A DNA stretch of 64,000 nucleotides from Candidatus Paceibacter sp. (GTDB lineage: Bacteria > Patescibacteriota > Minisyncoccia > Phycocordibacterales > GCA-2747955), in the NCBI GenBank assembly GCA_014237915.1, contig JABACC010000013.1, positions 568 to 64,567 on the forward strand. Direction: 5' to 3'. Below, in pieces: positions 19,552 to 27,824 of this stretch. The position numbers and the translations under genes were made by a program. The stretch's first letter is position 1. Each line of letters opens with the position of its first letter. The notes beneath the pieces were generated by a model. The model saw only the letters and a list, made by a program, of their open reading frames with translations. It was not told the origin of the DNA and ran no database searches.

Positions 19552-20151
19552 TTACTTTCGATTCTTAAAAGCCTCTTTCAAAGTTTCTTTGTCTGAGTAT
19601 TCTATTTCAGCTCCTAAAGAAATTCCACGAGCAAGTTCTTTTATATCAAAACCAAAATTTTCTCGATATGGAAATAAAATTTCTTTAATTGCGTCTTTTG
19701 TAAATTCTCCTTCAGGGGTTAATGGCAAAGCTATCGTAATTTCAAAAATTTTTCCGCTTTCAATTTTTTTAAAAAGTGATTTTAAGTTTAATTTTTCTTC
19801 TGATTTTTTTTCTGTTAACTTTAAATTTTTTCCAATTAAAAAATATTTTCCAGACCAAAGTTTTACTTTTTCAATATTTTCAAAATCAGCATTTTTTTCC
19901 AAAATTAATATTTTTCCATTTTCTCTTTTTGAATCTAAACATATATGACAATTTTTATTTTGAGATAAAAAAAATCTATTACAAGACAAACATAAAGATT
20001 TTTTTTCAGAAAAAGATGAAATTGTATTTATAAAATTTTCTATAAAATTTTTATCTTTGTAAGCTAAAAAATAAGTAAATCTTTCGGCTTGTTTTTTACC
20101 AATTCCCGGAAAAGTTGAGAAAAAATTTATTAAATCTTCTTTTTCTTTCAT
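19552..20151 (-). CDS. recR: Recombination mediator RecR
   Basis: HhH FPGIGKKQAER, C4 zinc finger C..C...C..C.D..R, Toprim TPEGE.T, LARGIS.GAEIEY.D. Confidence 0.93.
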   Translation of the reverse strand: MKEKEDLINFFSTFPGIGKKQAERFTYFLAYKDKNFIENFINTISSFSEKKSLCLSCNRFFLSQNKNCHICLDSKRENGKILILEKNADFENIEKVKLWSGKYFLIGKNLKLTEKKSEEKLNLKSLFKKIESGKIFEITIALPLTPEGEFTKDAIKEILFPYRENFGFDIKELARGISLGAEIEYSDKETLKEAFKNRK

Positions 20152-20232
20152 TTTAAAATTTTAACACAAATAATTTAAATAAAAGTTAAATATATGAAAA
20201 TGTTTTTTAAAAATATTTCTGAAAAAATTTAA

Positions 20233-20358
20233 AGAGGGAAACTACATAAAAAAGGAATCACCATAATTTCTATAACTCACGAAGAAATTTACAAAAATAG
20301 GGGAACAAGACTAACTGAGCTTTCAGACGGAAAAATTATTTTAGACCAGAAAAAATAA
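20233..20358 (+). pseudogene. Remnant 3' end of an ABC transporter ATPase (LolD/FtsE-like)
   Basis: Translates KLHKKGITIISITHEEIYKNRGTRLTELSDGKII (H-loop TH and terminal L.DGKI); in-frame TAA at 20230 and no Walker motifs upstream. Confidence 0.6.
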
Positions 20359-20471
20359 AAAGTAAAATAAATATTTGACTTTTATTAAAAAATAAGTATA
20401 CTTTAATCAGAGTGAAAAATGAAAATGATTAATAGTTGATCATTAAATGATCTTTTAAAAAGGAAAAAAAA

Positions 20472-21098
20472 ATGAAAAATTTTTCAAAAATATCAGCGGT
20501 TATGGCTGGAATTCTAACTCTAGCAATTTCTTTGCCAGCAAACGCTGATTTTTCAGGTGGGCTCACTCTTACATATGGTTTTGTAACCGATGGAGGAGTT
20601 CAGGTTTCAAACAACCCATGCATATCCGCGTGGGCTGAAAAGAGTGTTGGTGGCAAACTGACACTTAGTGCTTGGAGCCAGAGAAGTATGCGGGGTAATT
20701 CGGAGGATGGTTGTTACGAGAATGATTTTCTTGCGACGTTTTCCCCGGATAAGAATTCTGCACTCTCACTGGGGATCTACAACATTAAAGATTTTGATAT
20801 TACTTTCGCCAAAATAGAAACCCTTAGGGGAGGCATTAAATTCAAAGTAGAATTTAATGCACCAAACAAAGGAGGTGTAAATGGATATATCTTTAAAGCC
20901 TCCAAAGATATTGGAGCAGGGTTTGAAATCTCTGGCGTGGCTGGAAGAAGATTCCTTCGAGGCGATGACTTCGCCCTTCTCTATGCCCGTTGGAGCGATC
21001 CAGAAACTGGGATTTCTGTTAAAATCAGCCAAGACTTTTTGGTCAGTGACGGTGGCAAAAAAACCACTGCCATGTTTGGAATCGCATATAAATTTTAA
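20472..21098 (+). CDS. Secreted outer-membrane beta-barrel-like protein (TorF/TIGR02001-like by eye)
   Basis: Signal peptide ending PANA; alternating amphipathic strands; C-terminal G.AYKF; visibly higher GC; TTGACT-16-TATACT promoter and AGGA upstream. Confidence 0.55.
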   Translation: MKNFSKISAVMAGILTLAISLPANADFSGGLTLTYGFVTDGGVQVSNNPCISAWAEKSVGGKLTLSAWSQRSMRGNSEDGCYENDFLATFSPDKNSALSLGIYNIKDFDITFAKIETLRGGIKFKVEFNAPNKGGVNGYIFKASKDIGAGFEISGVAGRRFLRGDDFALLYARWSDPETGISVKISQDFLVSDGGKKTTAMFGIAYKF

Positions 21099-21135
21099 AT
21101 TAGTTTGAAAAAACTGATTTAAAATAAAAATTAAT

Positions 21136-21161
21136 AACCGAGGCTTTTGCCTCGGTTTTCT
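21136..21161. terminator. Intrinsic terminator
   Basis: AACCGAGGC-TTTT-GCCTCGGTT followed by T-rich tail, between convergent genes. Confidence 0.7.
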
Positions 21162-21180
21162 TTTTCTAATTTTTCTAAAT

Positions 21181-22581
21181 TTAAAATTCATCAAAATCGT
21201 TGTCAGGTTTTGAAACTTCAAAATCTGAAATTTTGTTTTTATCAATTTCAGAAAAAGAAGTTTTTTTCTCGTCAAAATAAAGTTCCACAATTCCTGTTGC
21301 CCCATTTCTGTGTTTTTCAATAATTAGTTTTACATTTGCATCAAGTCTTTTGTCTTCATCTTCTGATTTGTCACGATGAATAAAAATCACAACATCAGCG
21401 TCTTGCTCGATTGATCCAGAGTCTCGCAAATCAGCAAGTTTTGGCTGGGCATTTTCACCTCTGTGTTCAATATTTCTAGAAAGCTGAGAAAGAGCAATAA
21501 CAGGAACATCAAGCTCTTTTGCAAGCTGTTTTAAACCTCTTGAAATGTCTGTAACTTCCTGCACGGTGTTTGTATTTGGCCCTGTTCTTGTTGGTGCCAT
21601 TAGTTGAAGATAATCAACAATTATCATATCTAAATTGTGTTTTCTTTTTAGCTTTCTTGCAGCTGATTTCATTTTTAAAACATTGTTGTAAGAATTGTCG
21701 TCTATAAAAATTTTAGCTTCTGAAAGCCTTCCTATTGCGTCTGAAAGGGCGGAAAATTCTCTTCCTTCATCGTTTAAATTTCCTGTTCTTAACTTCCAAG
21801 CATCAACCCTTGCTTCAGCAGATAGAAGCCTGTCTGTTAATTGCTCTTTACTCATTTCAAGAGAAAAAAAGGCAATTGTTTTTTTGTCATCCACTGAAAC
21901 TTTTCTTGCAATATCTAGAGCAAGAGAGGTTTTTCCAACTGACGGCCTTGCTGCTAAAATTATTAAATCTGATTTTTGAAAACCGGAAAGTTTTGAATCA
22001 AGAGAGGAAAAACCAGTTGGAACACCACGCAAGCTTGAGCTTCCATCTTGAAGTTTTTCGAGTCTTTCAAAAGCATTTTTTAAAGTATCTTCAATGTGGG
22101 CAAATTCTCCAGATCCAATTTTTTGGGAAATTTCAAAAATAACTCTTTCCGCGTCATCGATGGAACTTTCTGAGTCTATTTCTTCGTTAAAACCAATGGC
22201 TGAAATTTTTTCCGAAGCTCCAATTAATTTTCTTTTTATATATTTTGCTAAAACAATTTTTGCGTAATGTTCAATATTTGCAGAAGAGGGAACTGCCTGA
22301 GTAAGCTCGGTTAAATATAAATCTCCTCCCACATTTTCAAGCTGATTTTTATCTTTTAAATTTGAAGAAAGTGTTAAAAGATCTATCGGTTCGTTTCTAG
22401 AAAATAAATCCAAAACTGATTCAAAAATTATTTTATGTTTTTCTGAGTAAAAAATTTCTGGTGATAAAATTTCCATAACTTCATAAAGCGAATCACCTTT
22501 AATTAAAACTGAACCTAAAAGAGCTTTTTCTGCGTCTATATTTTGTGGCGGTAATTTTAAATTTGAAATTTCTTCTGACAT
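21181..22581 (-). CDS. dnaB: Replicative DNA helicase
   Basis: PPQN.DAE.ALLG, ILAARPSVGKT, FFSLEM, IVDYLQLM, LSQLSR, DLRDSGSIEQDAD, KHRNG. Confidence 0.98.
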   Translation of the reverse strand: MSEEISNLKLPPQNIDAEKALLGSVLIKGDSLYEVMEILSPEIFYSEKHKIIFESVLDLFSRNEPIDLLTLSSNLKDKNQLENVGGDLYLTELTQAVPSSANIEHYAKIVLAKYIKRKLIGASEKISAIGFNEEIDSESSIDDAERVIFEISQKIGSGEFAHIEDTLKNAFERLEKLQDGSSSLRGVPTGFSSLDSKLSGFQKSDLIILAARPSVGKTSLALDIARKVSVDDKKTIAFFSLEMSKEQLTDRLLSAEARVDAWKLRTGNLNDEGREFSALSDAIGRLSEAKIFIDDNSYNNVLKMKSAARKLKRKHNLDMIIVDYLQLMAPTRTGPNTNTVQEVTDISRGLKQLAKELDVPVIALSQLSRNIEHRGENAQPKLADLRDSGSIEQDADVVIFIHRDKSEDEDKRLDANVKLIIEKHRNGATGIVELYFDEKKTSFSEIDKNKISDFEVSKPDNDFDEF

Positions 22582-22732
22582 GATTTTATTTTAAATAAAA
22601 AATTAAAAAAATAAAATTTTCCTTTTTGTTTTCTTTGGATAGCGCTGTGACTTTTCTGTGTATTTCTCCTAAAAACCTTATTTTTAGCTTGAGAAAAATT
22701 TTTATTATTTTTTCCTATGTTATAATATTTTT

Positions 22733-22972
22733 ATGATTCTAAAAATACACTCCTTAAATGGAATTTTATATGAAGAAAAAATAAAAAACGGAAGTGTTTA
22801 TGTTCCTGCTTTTTCTGGCGATATGGAAATTTTAGCAGGACATTCTCCAATTTTAACTTTTTTAAAAAAAGGAGATGTTGTTGTGAAAAAAGAAGATGGG
22901 GAAAAAGAAATATTTCCTGTTAATTCAGGAATTTTAGAATGCAACACAAAAGAAATTAATATATTAATTTAA
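22733..22972 (+). CDS. atpC: ATP synthase epsilon subunit, N-terminal beta-sandwich only
   Basis: VPA.SG.M.IL.GH.P.LT.L..G.V, F.V.SG.LE; lacks the C-terminal helices. Confidence 0.8.
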   Translation: MILKIHSLNGILYEEKIKNGSVYVPAFSGDMEILAGHSPILTFLKKGDVVVKKEDGEKEIFPVNSGILECNTKEINILI

Positions 22973-22983
22973 TAAAAAATAAA

Positions 22984-23235
22984 ATGTTTGGAAAAATAAA
23001 AGACAAAATAAAAGGCAAAGCTGTTGAAAAAATGATGGAAAAGCAACTGGGGAATTTACCTCCAGAGCAACAAGAATCTATAAAAAATGCTTTTTCTAAT
23101 AATCCAGAATTTTTTGAAAACATTGCTAAAGAAATTGAAGAATTAAAAAAAGCTGGAAAAGGAGAAATGGCAGCTTCAATGGAGGTAATGAGAAAACACC
23201 AAGGAGAGCTTCAGAAAATAATGATGGGAAAATAA
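22984..23235 (+). CDS. Small helical Met-rich hypothetical protein
   Basis: 83-aa ORF 11 nt after atpC; P.EQQE.I..A...NPEFF..IA.EI pattern. Confidence 0.75.
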   Translation: MFGKIKDKIKGKAVEKMMEKQLGNLPPEQQESIKNAFSNNPEFFENIAKEIEELKKAGKGEMAASMEVMRKHQGELQKIMMGK

Positions 23236-23271
23236 TTTATATTTTTAGAAATTATTTTTTAAATAAAAAAA

Positions 23272-23300
23272 TAAAAAAAATGCCTTCGGCATTTTTTTTA
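23272..23300. terminator. Bidirectional terminator-like hairpin with ATGCC-TTC-GGCAT core
   Basis: A/T-flanked inverted repeat between convergent genes; GAA triloop on - strand. Confidence 0.65.
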
Positions 23301-23319
23301 TTTTTTCTATTTTTAGATT

Positions 23320-23853
23320 TTAACCTTCGTAGTATCCAGCACAGAAAATATAAGAATCAACTTTTTGACAATAAGTTGATTTATCTGCTAACTCAGCTGA
23401 TTCAGGTAAGGTAAAAACATAGTCAGTCCAAGTTCCTTCTTCTGTTGATAGAGCCAAAGCTTCTCCGAAATTAAAACCACTTATATCAACAAGTTCTGTA
23501 ATATTTGTATTTTCCAAATCTTTTCTGTTTGGGTGTGCAATAATAATTTCATTCTCCAAAGCAAAAGCATAAACTTGTCCGTCAACATAAAAACCTTGAG
23601 ATATATTTTCAATAATTTCAGAAGTAGCTACAATTTCATAGTCGCTAATAAGAGTATCTACAATAGCCAGCGCAGTTTCTTTTTGTGAAAAATCACTATG
23701 AGAATGCTCATCATTTTCTGAATTTTCATTTTCATGTCCGTGATCGTCGTTGTCATTTTCTGAGTGCATATCTTCCATTCCAGAAAAATAAAATGCTCCT
23801 AAAATAATTATTAAAATAACAATAATTATGGATATATTTTTTTTTGAATTCAT
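23320..23853 (-). CDS. Membrane-anchored single Cache-domain protein with His/acidic linker
   Basis: N-terminal TM; Y.F......AHP...L...N...LVD..G, G.W.DY...P......K..YC..V......AGYY. Confidence 0.8.
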   Translation of the reverse strand: MNSKKNISIIIVILIIILGAFYFSGMEDMHSENDNDDHGHENENSENDEHSHSDFSQKETALAIVDTLISDYEIVATSEIIENISQGFYVDGQVYAFALENEIIIAHPNRKDLENTNITELVDISGFNFGEALALSTEEGTWTDYVFTLPESAELADKSTYCQKVDSYIFCAGYYEG

Positions 23854-23965
23854 TTTTTTTAATTTAATTTTTAATTTTTAATATCATAATCTTTCACGAT
23901 ATTAAGCATATTTTAATATTTATAAAAATAAATACAAAGTTTTTTTTATTTGTTATAATTTAAAA

Positions 23966-25294
23966 ATGAATAAAAAAATAATTGTAAGATTTCCTCCGTC
24001 TCCAACAGGAAATTTACATATAGGAAATATAAGATCATTTCTTTTTAATTATCTTTTTGCAAAAAAAAATAATGGAGAAATTTATTTGCGATTTGAAGAC
24101 ACCGACAAAGAAAGATCAGAAAAAAAATATGAAGAAATTATTTTAAATACCTTAAAAACTCTTGGTTTGGATTTTGATTTTGGCCCAACTTGGCAATCTC
24201 AAAGAATAGAAATTTACCAAAAAGCTTTAGAAAAATTAATCGAAAATAAAAATGCATATTTTGCAGAAGAGTCTCAAGATGGAAGCGGAGAAAAAGTTAT
24301 AAGATTTAAAAATCCAAATAAAAAAATAAAATTCAATGATTTAATTAGAGGCGAAATAGAAATTGATACTTCTGATTTTGGAGATTTTGTTATTGCACGC
24401 TCTTTGGAAAATCCGATTTACCACCTGACAGTTGTTGTTGACGACATTGAATCAGAAATTTCGCACATTATCAGAGGAGAAGATCACATAACCTCCACAC
24501 CACGCCAAATTTTGCTCATAGAAGCGCTTGGGGGGGAAATTCCAGAATATGCACATTTACCATTACTTGTTGGCTCAGATGGAAAAAAATTAGGAAAAAG
24601 ACATGGTGCAGTTTCTTGGCCAGAATTTGAAAAAGATGGATATTTACCAGAATCTCTTTTTAACTATTTAGCTCTTTTAGGCTGGAATCCAGGAGGAGGG
24701 GAAGAGCAAGAATTTTTTTCAAAAGAAGAGCTAATGGAAAAATTTTCAATAGAAAATATAAATAAATCTCCAGCTAAATTTTCATATGAAAAATTAGATT
24801 CTATAAATAAATATTGGATGAGCCGGCTTTCGGACGAAGATTATAAAAAAAATGTTTTTAATTTTTTGTCAGAAAAAATGTTGGAAAATTTTAATTCTCC
24901 AAAAGGTCAAAAAATAATTTCCCTTGTTTTAAAAGAGAGAGTTTCTAAATTTTCAGAAATTTTAGAAATGGAAAAAGCGGGCGAGTTTGATTATTTTTTT
25001 CAAAAACCAAATTTAGAAAATATTAAAATAAATTTTAAAGATGATGGAGACGAAAAAACTAAAAAAATTTTAAAAGAGCTTTATGAAAAATTAGAAGAAA
25101 TTTCAGAAGAAAATTTTAATGCAAAAAAAATAAAAGAAATTTTGTGGGATTGGAGTGGGGAGCTTGGCCGCGGTTCTGTTTTGCACCCGTTTAGAACAAT
25201 TTTATCAGGAGCAGAAAAATCTCCAGATCCTTTTGTTTTAGCAGAAATTTTAGAAAAAGAAGAAACTCTTTCAAGATTAAAAAATTATTTATGA
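23966..25294 (+). CDS. gltX: Glutamate--tRNA ligase
   Basis: RFPPSPTGNLHIGN, RFEDTD, VVVDD, RGEDH, KKLGKRHG. Confidence 0.96.
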   Translation: MNKKIIVRFPPSPTGNLHIGNIRSFLFNYLFAKKNNGEIYLRFEDTDKERSEKKYEEIILNTLKTLGLDFDFGPTWQSQRIEIYQKALEKLIENKNAYFAEESQDGSGEKVIRFKNPNKKIKFNDLIRGEIEIDTSDFGDFVIARSLENPIYHLTVVVDDIESEISHIIRGEDHITSTPRQILLIEALGGEIPEYAHLPLLVGSDGKKLGKRHGAVSWPEFEKDGYLPESLFNYLALLGWNPGGGEEQEFFSKEELMEKFSIENINKSPAKFSYEKLDSINKYWMSRLSDEDYKKNVFNFLSEKMLENFNSPKGQKIISLVLKERVSKFSEILEMEKAGEFDYFFQKPNLENIKINFKDDGDEKTKKILKELYEKLEEISEENFNAKKIKEILWDWSGELGRGSVLHPFRTILSGAEKSPDPFVLAEILEKEETLSRLKNYL

Positions 25295-25719
25295 AAATAA
25301 AAATTTTATCTGTAGGAAAAATAAATAGTGATATTGAAAATATTTTTGAAAACTATTTAAAAAAGATAAATTATTTTAAAAAAGCAGAACATATAATTTT
25401 AAAAAATGATAAATTTTTTGAAAAAAAAATTTTAGAAAAAACAGAAAAAAAATATTTAGTTTGTTTGGAAGCTACGGGAAAAAATTTCTCTTCTGAAGAA
25501 TTTGCAAATTTTTTAGAAAAAAAAGAAATAGAAGGGGAGAGTGAGATTTTTTTTGTAGTTGCACCAGCTGAAGGTTTTTCTGATGAATTTAAAAAAAAGG
25601 CAAATTTTTTATTTTCACTTTCAAAGCTAACTTTCGCTCACGATTTAGCGCTCCTGCTTTTAGCTGAGAATATTTTCAGAGCTTACACAATTTTAAACAA
25701 TCATCCGTATCATAAATAA
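25291..25719 (+). CDS. rlmH: 23S rRNA (pseudouridine-1915-N3)-methyltransferase
   Basis: MKIKILSVGK, SSEEFA, SLSKLTF.H.LA...L.E.I.RA.TI...HPYHK. Confidence 0.92.
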   Translation: MKIKILSVGKINSDIENIFENYLKKINYFKKAEHIILKNDKFFEKKILEKTEKKYLVCLEATGKNFSSEEFANFLEKKEIEGESEIFFVVAPAEGFSDEFKKKANFLFSLSKLTFAHDLALLLLAENIFRAYTILNNHPYHK

Positions 25720-25749
25720 TTTTCTAATTTTAAAAAATATTTTTAAAAA

Positions 25750-26664
25750 TTAATCATCAAGGAAGAATTCTACATATTCGTCAATTTCTCTTTGCTCTAA
25801 ATCATAAAAATTTAAATCTTTTCTGTTTAAATATTTTGCTAATTTTTCTCCCACAAACCTCCAGTGCCAAGGTTCAAATTCGTAATAAATATTATTTTTT
25901 GGGTAGGAGAGAACAAATCCGTATTTATAAGCATTTTCTAAAAGCCATAAATATTCTTCAGTATTTTCAAAACCGATTAACGATGAAGCTATTTTAGAAG
26001 TTGTAAAGTCTACAGAAGTTCCAAGCTGGTGTTCTGAAAAACCTTGATCAGCTGAAAAATTATCAGCCGCACTTCCATAATTTTGAGTATAAACATCTTT
26101 TAAAGCTTCCTGAAAATCGAAAGACCGGTAGGCAGACAAAATTTTTAAATTTAAATTTTCATCTTCTGCATCTTCCAATAAATTTTCCAAAAAATCCCTC
26201 ACTCCAGAATGAATTTCAATATTTTTTTCTGGAAAAAGTAAATAATCTTCGTCGATTTTTCTTAATTTTTCTGGAACATAATGTTCGTTTAAAAAATAAA
26301 CTTTAGAATATTTTTGCAAAAGCTCTGGGTCGGTATTTTGAATTTTTTGAGCAGTTTCAACCGCGTCTTTTAAATCATCCAAATCATCGTCAATTTTATC
26401 AAAATCTTCTTCTAACTCATCGTAATTTTCAATATATTTTTCAAGTTTATTTTTCGTATCAAAAATTTCTTTTTCGAAAGACTTTTGAATTTGTAAAAGT
26501 TCTCTTATCTGAGAATAGTTTTGAGAAAGCTCTACATTGTTTTTTTCTATAATATTTTTCTGATAAAAAAATAAGGTAAAAAAAACTGCAAAAAATAAAA
26601 AAAGTAAAATAGCTGAAAGTTCAGATCTGATTAAATTTTCTTTTCCGTTTATGTTTTTAAACAT
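25750..26664 (-). CDS. D-Ala-D-Ala carboxypeptidase, VanY/M15B family, with TM and coiled coil
   Basis: SAYRS...Q, SA..G.SEHQLG..VD, WL..NAYKYGF, FEPWHWRFVG. Confidence 0.92.
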   Translation of the reverse strand: MFKNINGKENLIRSELSAILLFLFFAVFFTLFFYQKNIIEKNNVELSQNYSQIRELLQIQKSFEKEIFDTKNKLEKYIENYDELEEDFDKIDDDLDDLKDAVETAQKIQNTDPELLQKYSKVYFLNEHYVPEKLRKIDEDYLLFPEKNIEIHSGVRDFLENLLEDAEDENLNLKILSAYRSFDFQEALKDVYTQNYGSAADNFSADQGFSEHQLGTSVDFTTSKIASSLIGFENTEEYLWLLENAYKYGFVLSYPKNNIYYEFEPWHWRFVGEKLAKYLNRKDLNFYDLEQREIDEYVEFFLDD

Positions 26665-26676
26665 TTTTATTTTTAA

Positions 26677-27249
26677 TTAACTTTTTAATAAATTTTTTCT
26701 ATAGTATTTTAGCTCCTCTATAGATTCTAAAACATCGTCCAAAGCTCGATGATTTTCTTTTTTTTTGTTAAAAACTTTCTTTTCTTGCCATTTTTGAGCC
26801 AAAATTTTTAAACTAGAAACATCTAAATTTCTATAGTGAAAAAATTTTTCAAGCTCTGGCATATCTTTTGCAAGCATTCTTCTGTCTGAGCAAACTGAAT
26901 TTCCACAAAGAGGCGAGGAGTTTTCTAGACAATATTTTTTTAAAAAATTTAAAAATATTTTTTCAGATTTTTTTGTATCGTATTTTGATTTTCTGCTTTT
27001 TATTTCAAGATTTGAAAAACTTTTTTCAAATTTTTCAGCAACCTCAGGAGACATTTTTTTTAAAGTTTTTTGCATTTTTTTTAAATCTTTTTCTGGTAAA
27101 TTTACAACAAGGCTTTTTTTGGCTAAAATTTTTAATTTTTTGTCTGTAATAATTATAGCAATTTCCACAATTTTATCTTTTTTAAAATCAAGGCCGGTAA
27201 ACTCTGCATCTAACCAGATTAAATTTTCTTTTTTTATAGCTTCTTTCAT
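26677..27249 (-). CDS. orn: Oligoribonuclease
   Basis: LIWLDAEFTGLD, PLCGNSV..DR, HYRNLDVSSLK.LA, HRALDD..ESI.EL.YYR. Confidence 0.92.
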   Translation of the reverse strand: MKEAIKKENLIWLDAEFTGLDFKKDKIVEIAIIITDKKLKILAKKSLVVNLPEKDLKKMQKTLKKMSPEVAEKFEKSFSNLEIKSRKSKYDTKKSEKIFLNFLKKYCLENSSPLCGNSVCSDRRMLAKDMPELEKFFHYRNLDVSSLKILAQKWQEKKVFNKKKENHRALDDVLESIEELKYYRKNLLKS

Positions 27250-27340
27250 AAAAAAAATTTTAACATAATTTTTTAATTAAAAAACTTGATTATTTAAAAA
27301 AAATATTATAATATCTAATTAGATTGAAAGGAGAATAACA

Positions 27341-27556
27341 ATGGGAGAATTGGTAGCGCATCCAATAACAAAAGGTCTTTTATGGGGTCACAAGATAAGT
27401 GTTAAGGGGGATAAAGATTTGATATTGCTATTGAATAAATTTAAAAACAGCTTGCCTGAAAACCAAGATTATTTAAATGGAAAAGATATTATTAATGAGT
27501 TTAATATCTTTTTACAAACAAGTGCTGTAAAGATAAATAGGAGGATTTTATGTTAA
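27341..27556 (+). CDS. Small hypothetical protein (71 aa)
   Basis: Strong SD GAAAGGAG; stop overlaps the next start. Confidence 0.55.
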   Translation: MGELVAHPITKGLLWGHKISVKGDKDLILLLNKFKNSLPENQDYLNGKDIINEFNIFLQTSAVKINRRILC

Positions 27557-27768
27557 CGACAAACAGTGTTAGACCATGTCGTCATTATTATGACAGTAAT
27601 GGAAATAATGTTTCAATAGACCAAGACTGGATCACTTCAGTAATAGAAGGTTCGGCTTATCACAGAAAAATTGTAACTGAAAATCAATTATTTTTAGGTA
27701 CTTCAAGAAGACTTCGTAGTAGACCAAGAAAATGGTTGTATCGTAAGGATCCTAAAGGCGAACAATAA
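27550..27768 (+). CDS. Small hypothetical protein (72 aa, basic C-terminus)
   Basis: SD AGGAGG; terminator AAAGGCGAACAA/TTGTTCGCCTTT overlaps the stop codon. Confidence 0.55.
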   Translation: MLTTNSVRPCRHYYDSNGNNVSIDQDWITSVIEGSAYHRKIVTENQLFLGTSRRLRSRPRKWLYRKDPKGEQ

Positions 27769-27824
27769 CTTTGTTCGCCTTTTTTATAAAAATTTTTTTC
27801 CTTAATTTTTGATATAATCTCTAA

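Noticed and set aside
19472-19948. ORFs 19472-19948 and 57344-57595 sharing K.CAPK.RTL as a protein family
   Set aside because: The shared peptide is just the translated family A hairpin; both ORFs are antisense to recR or khpA
22625-22670. Degenerate DnaA-like boxes upstream of dnaB
   Set aside because: Each has two or more mismatches to consensus; not distinguishable from chance by eye
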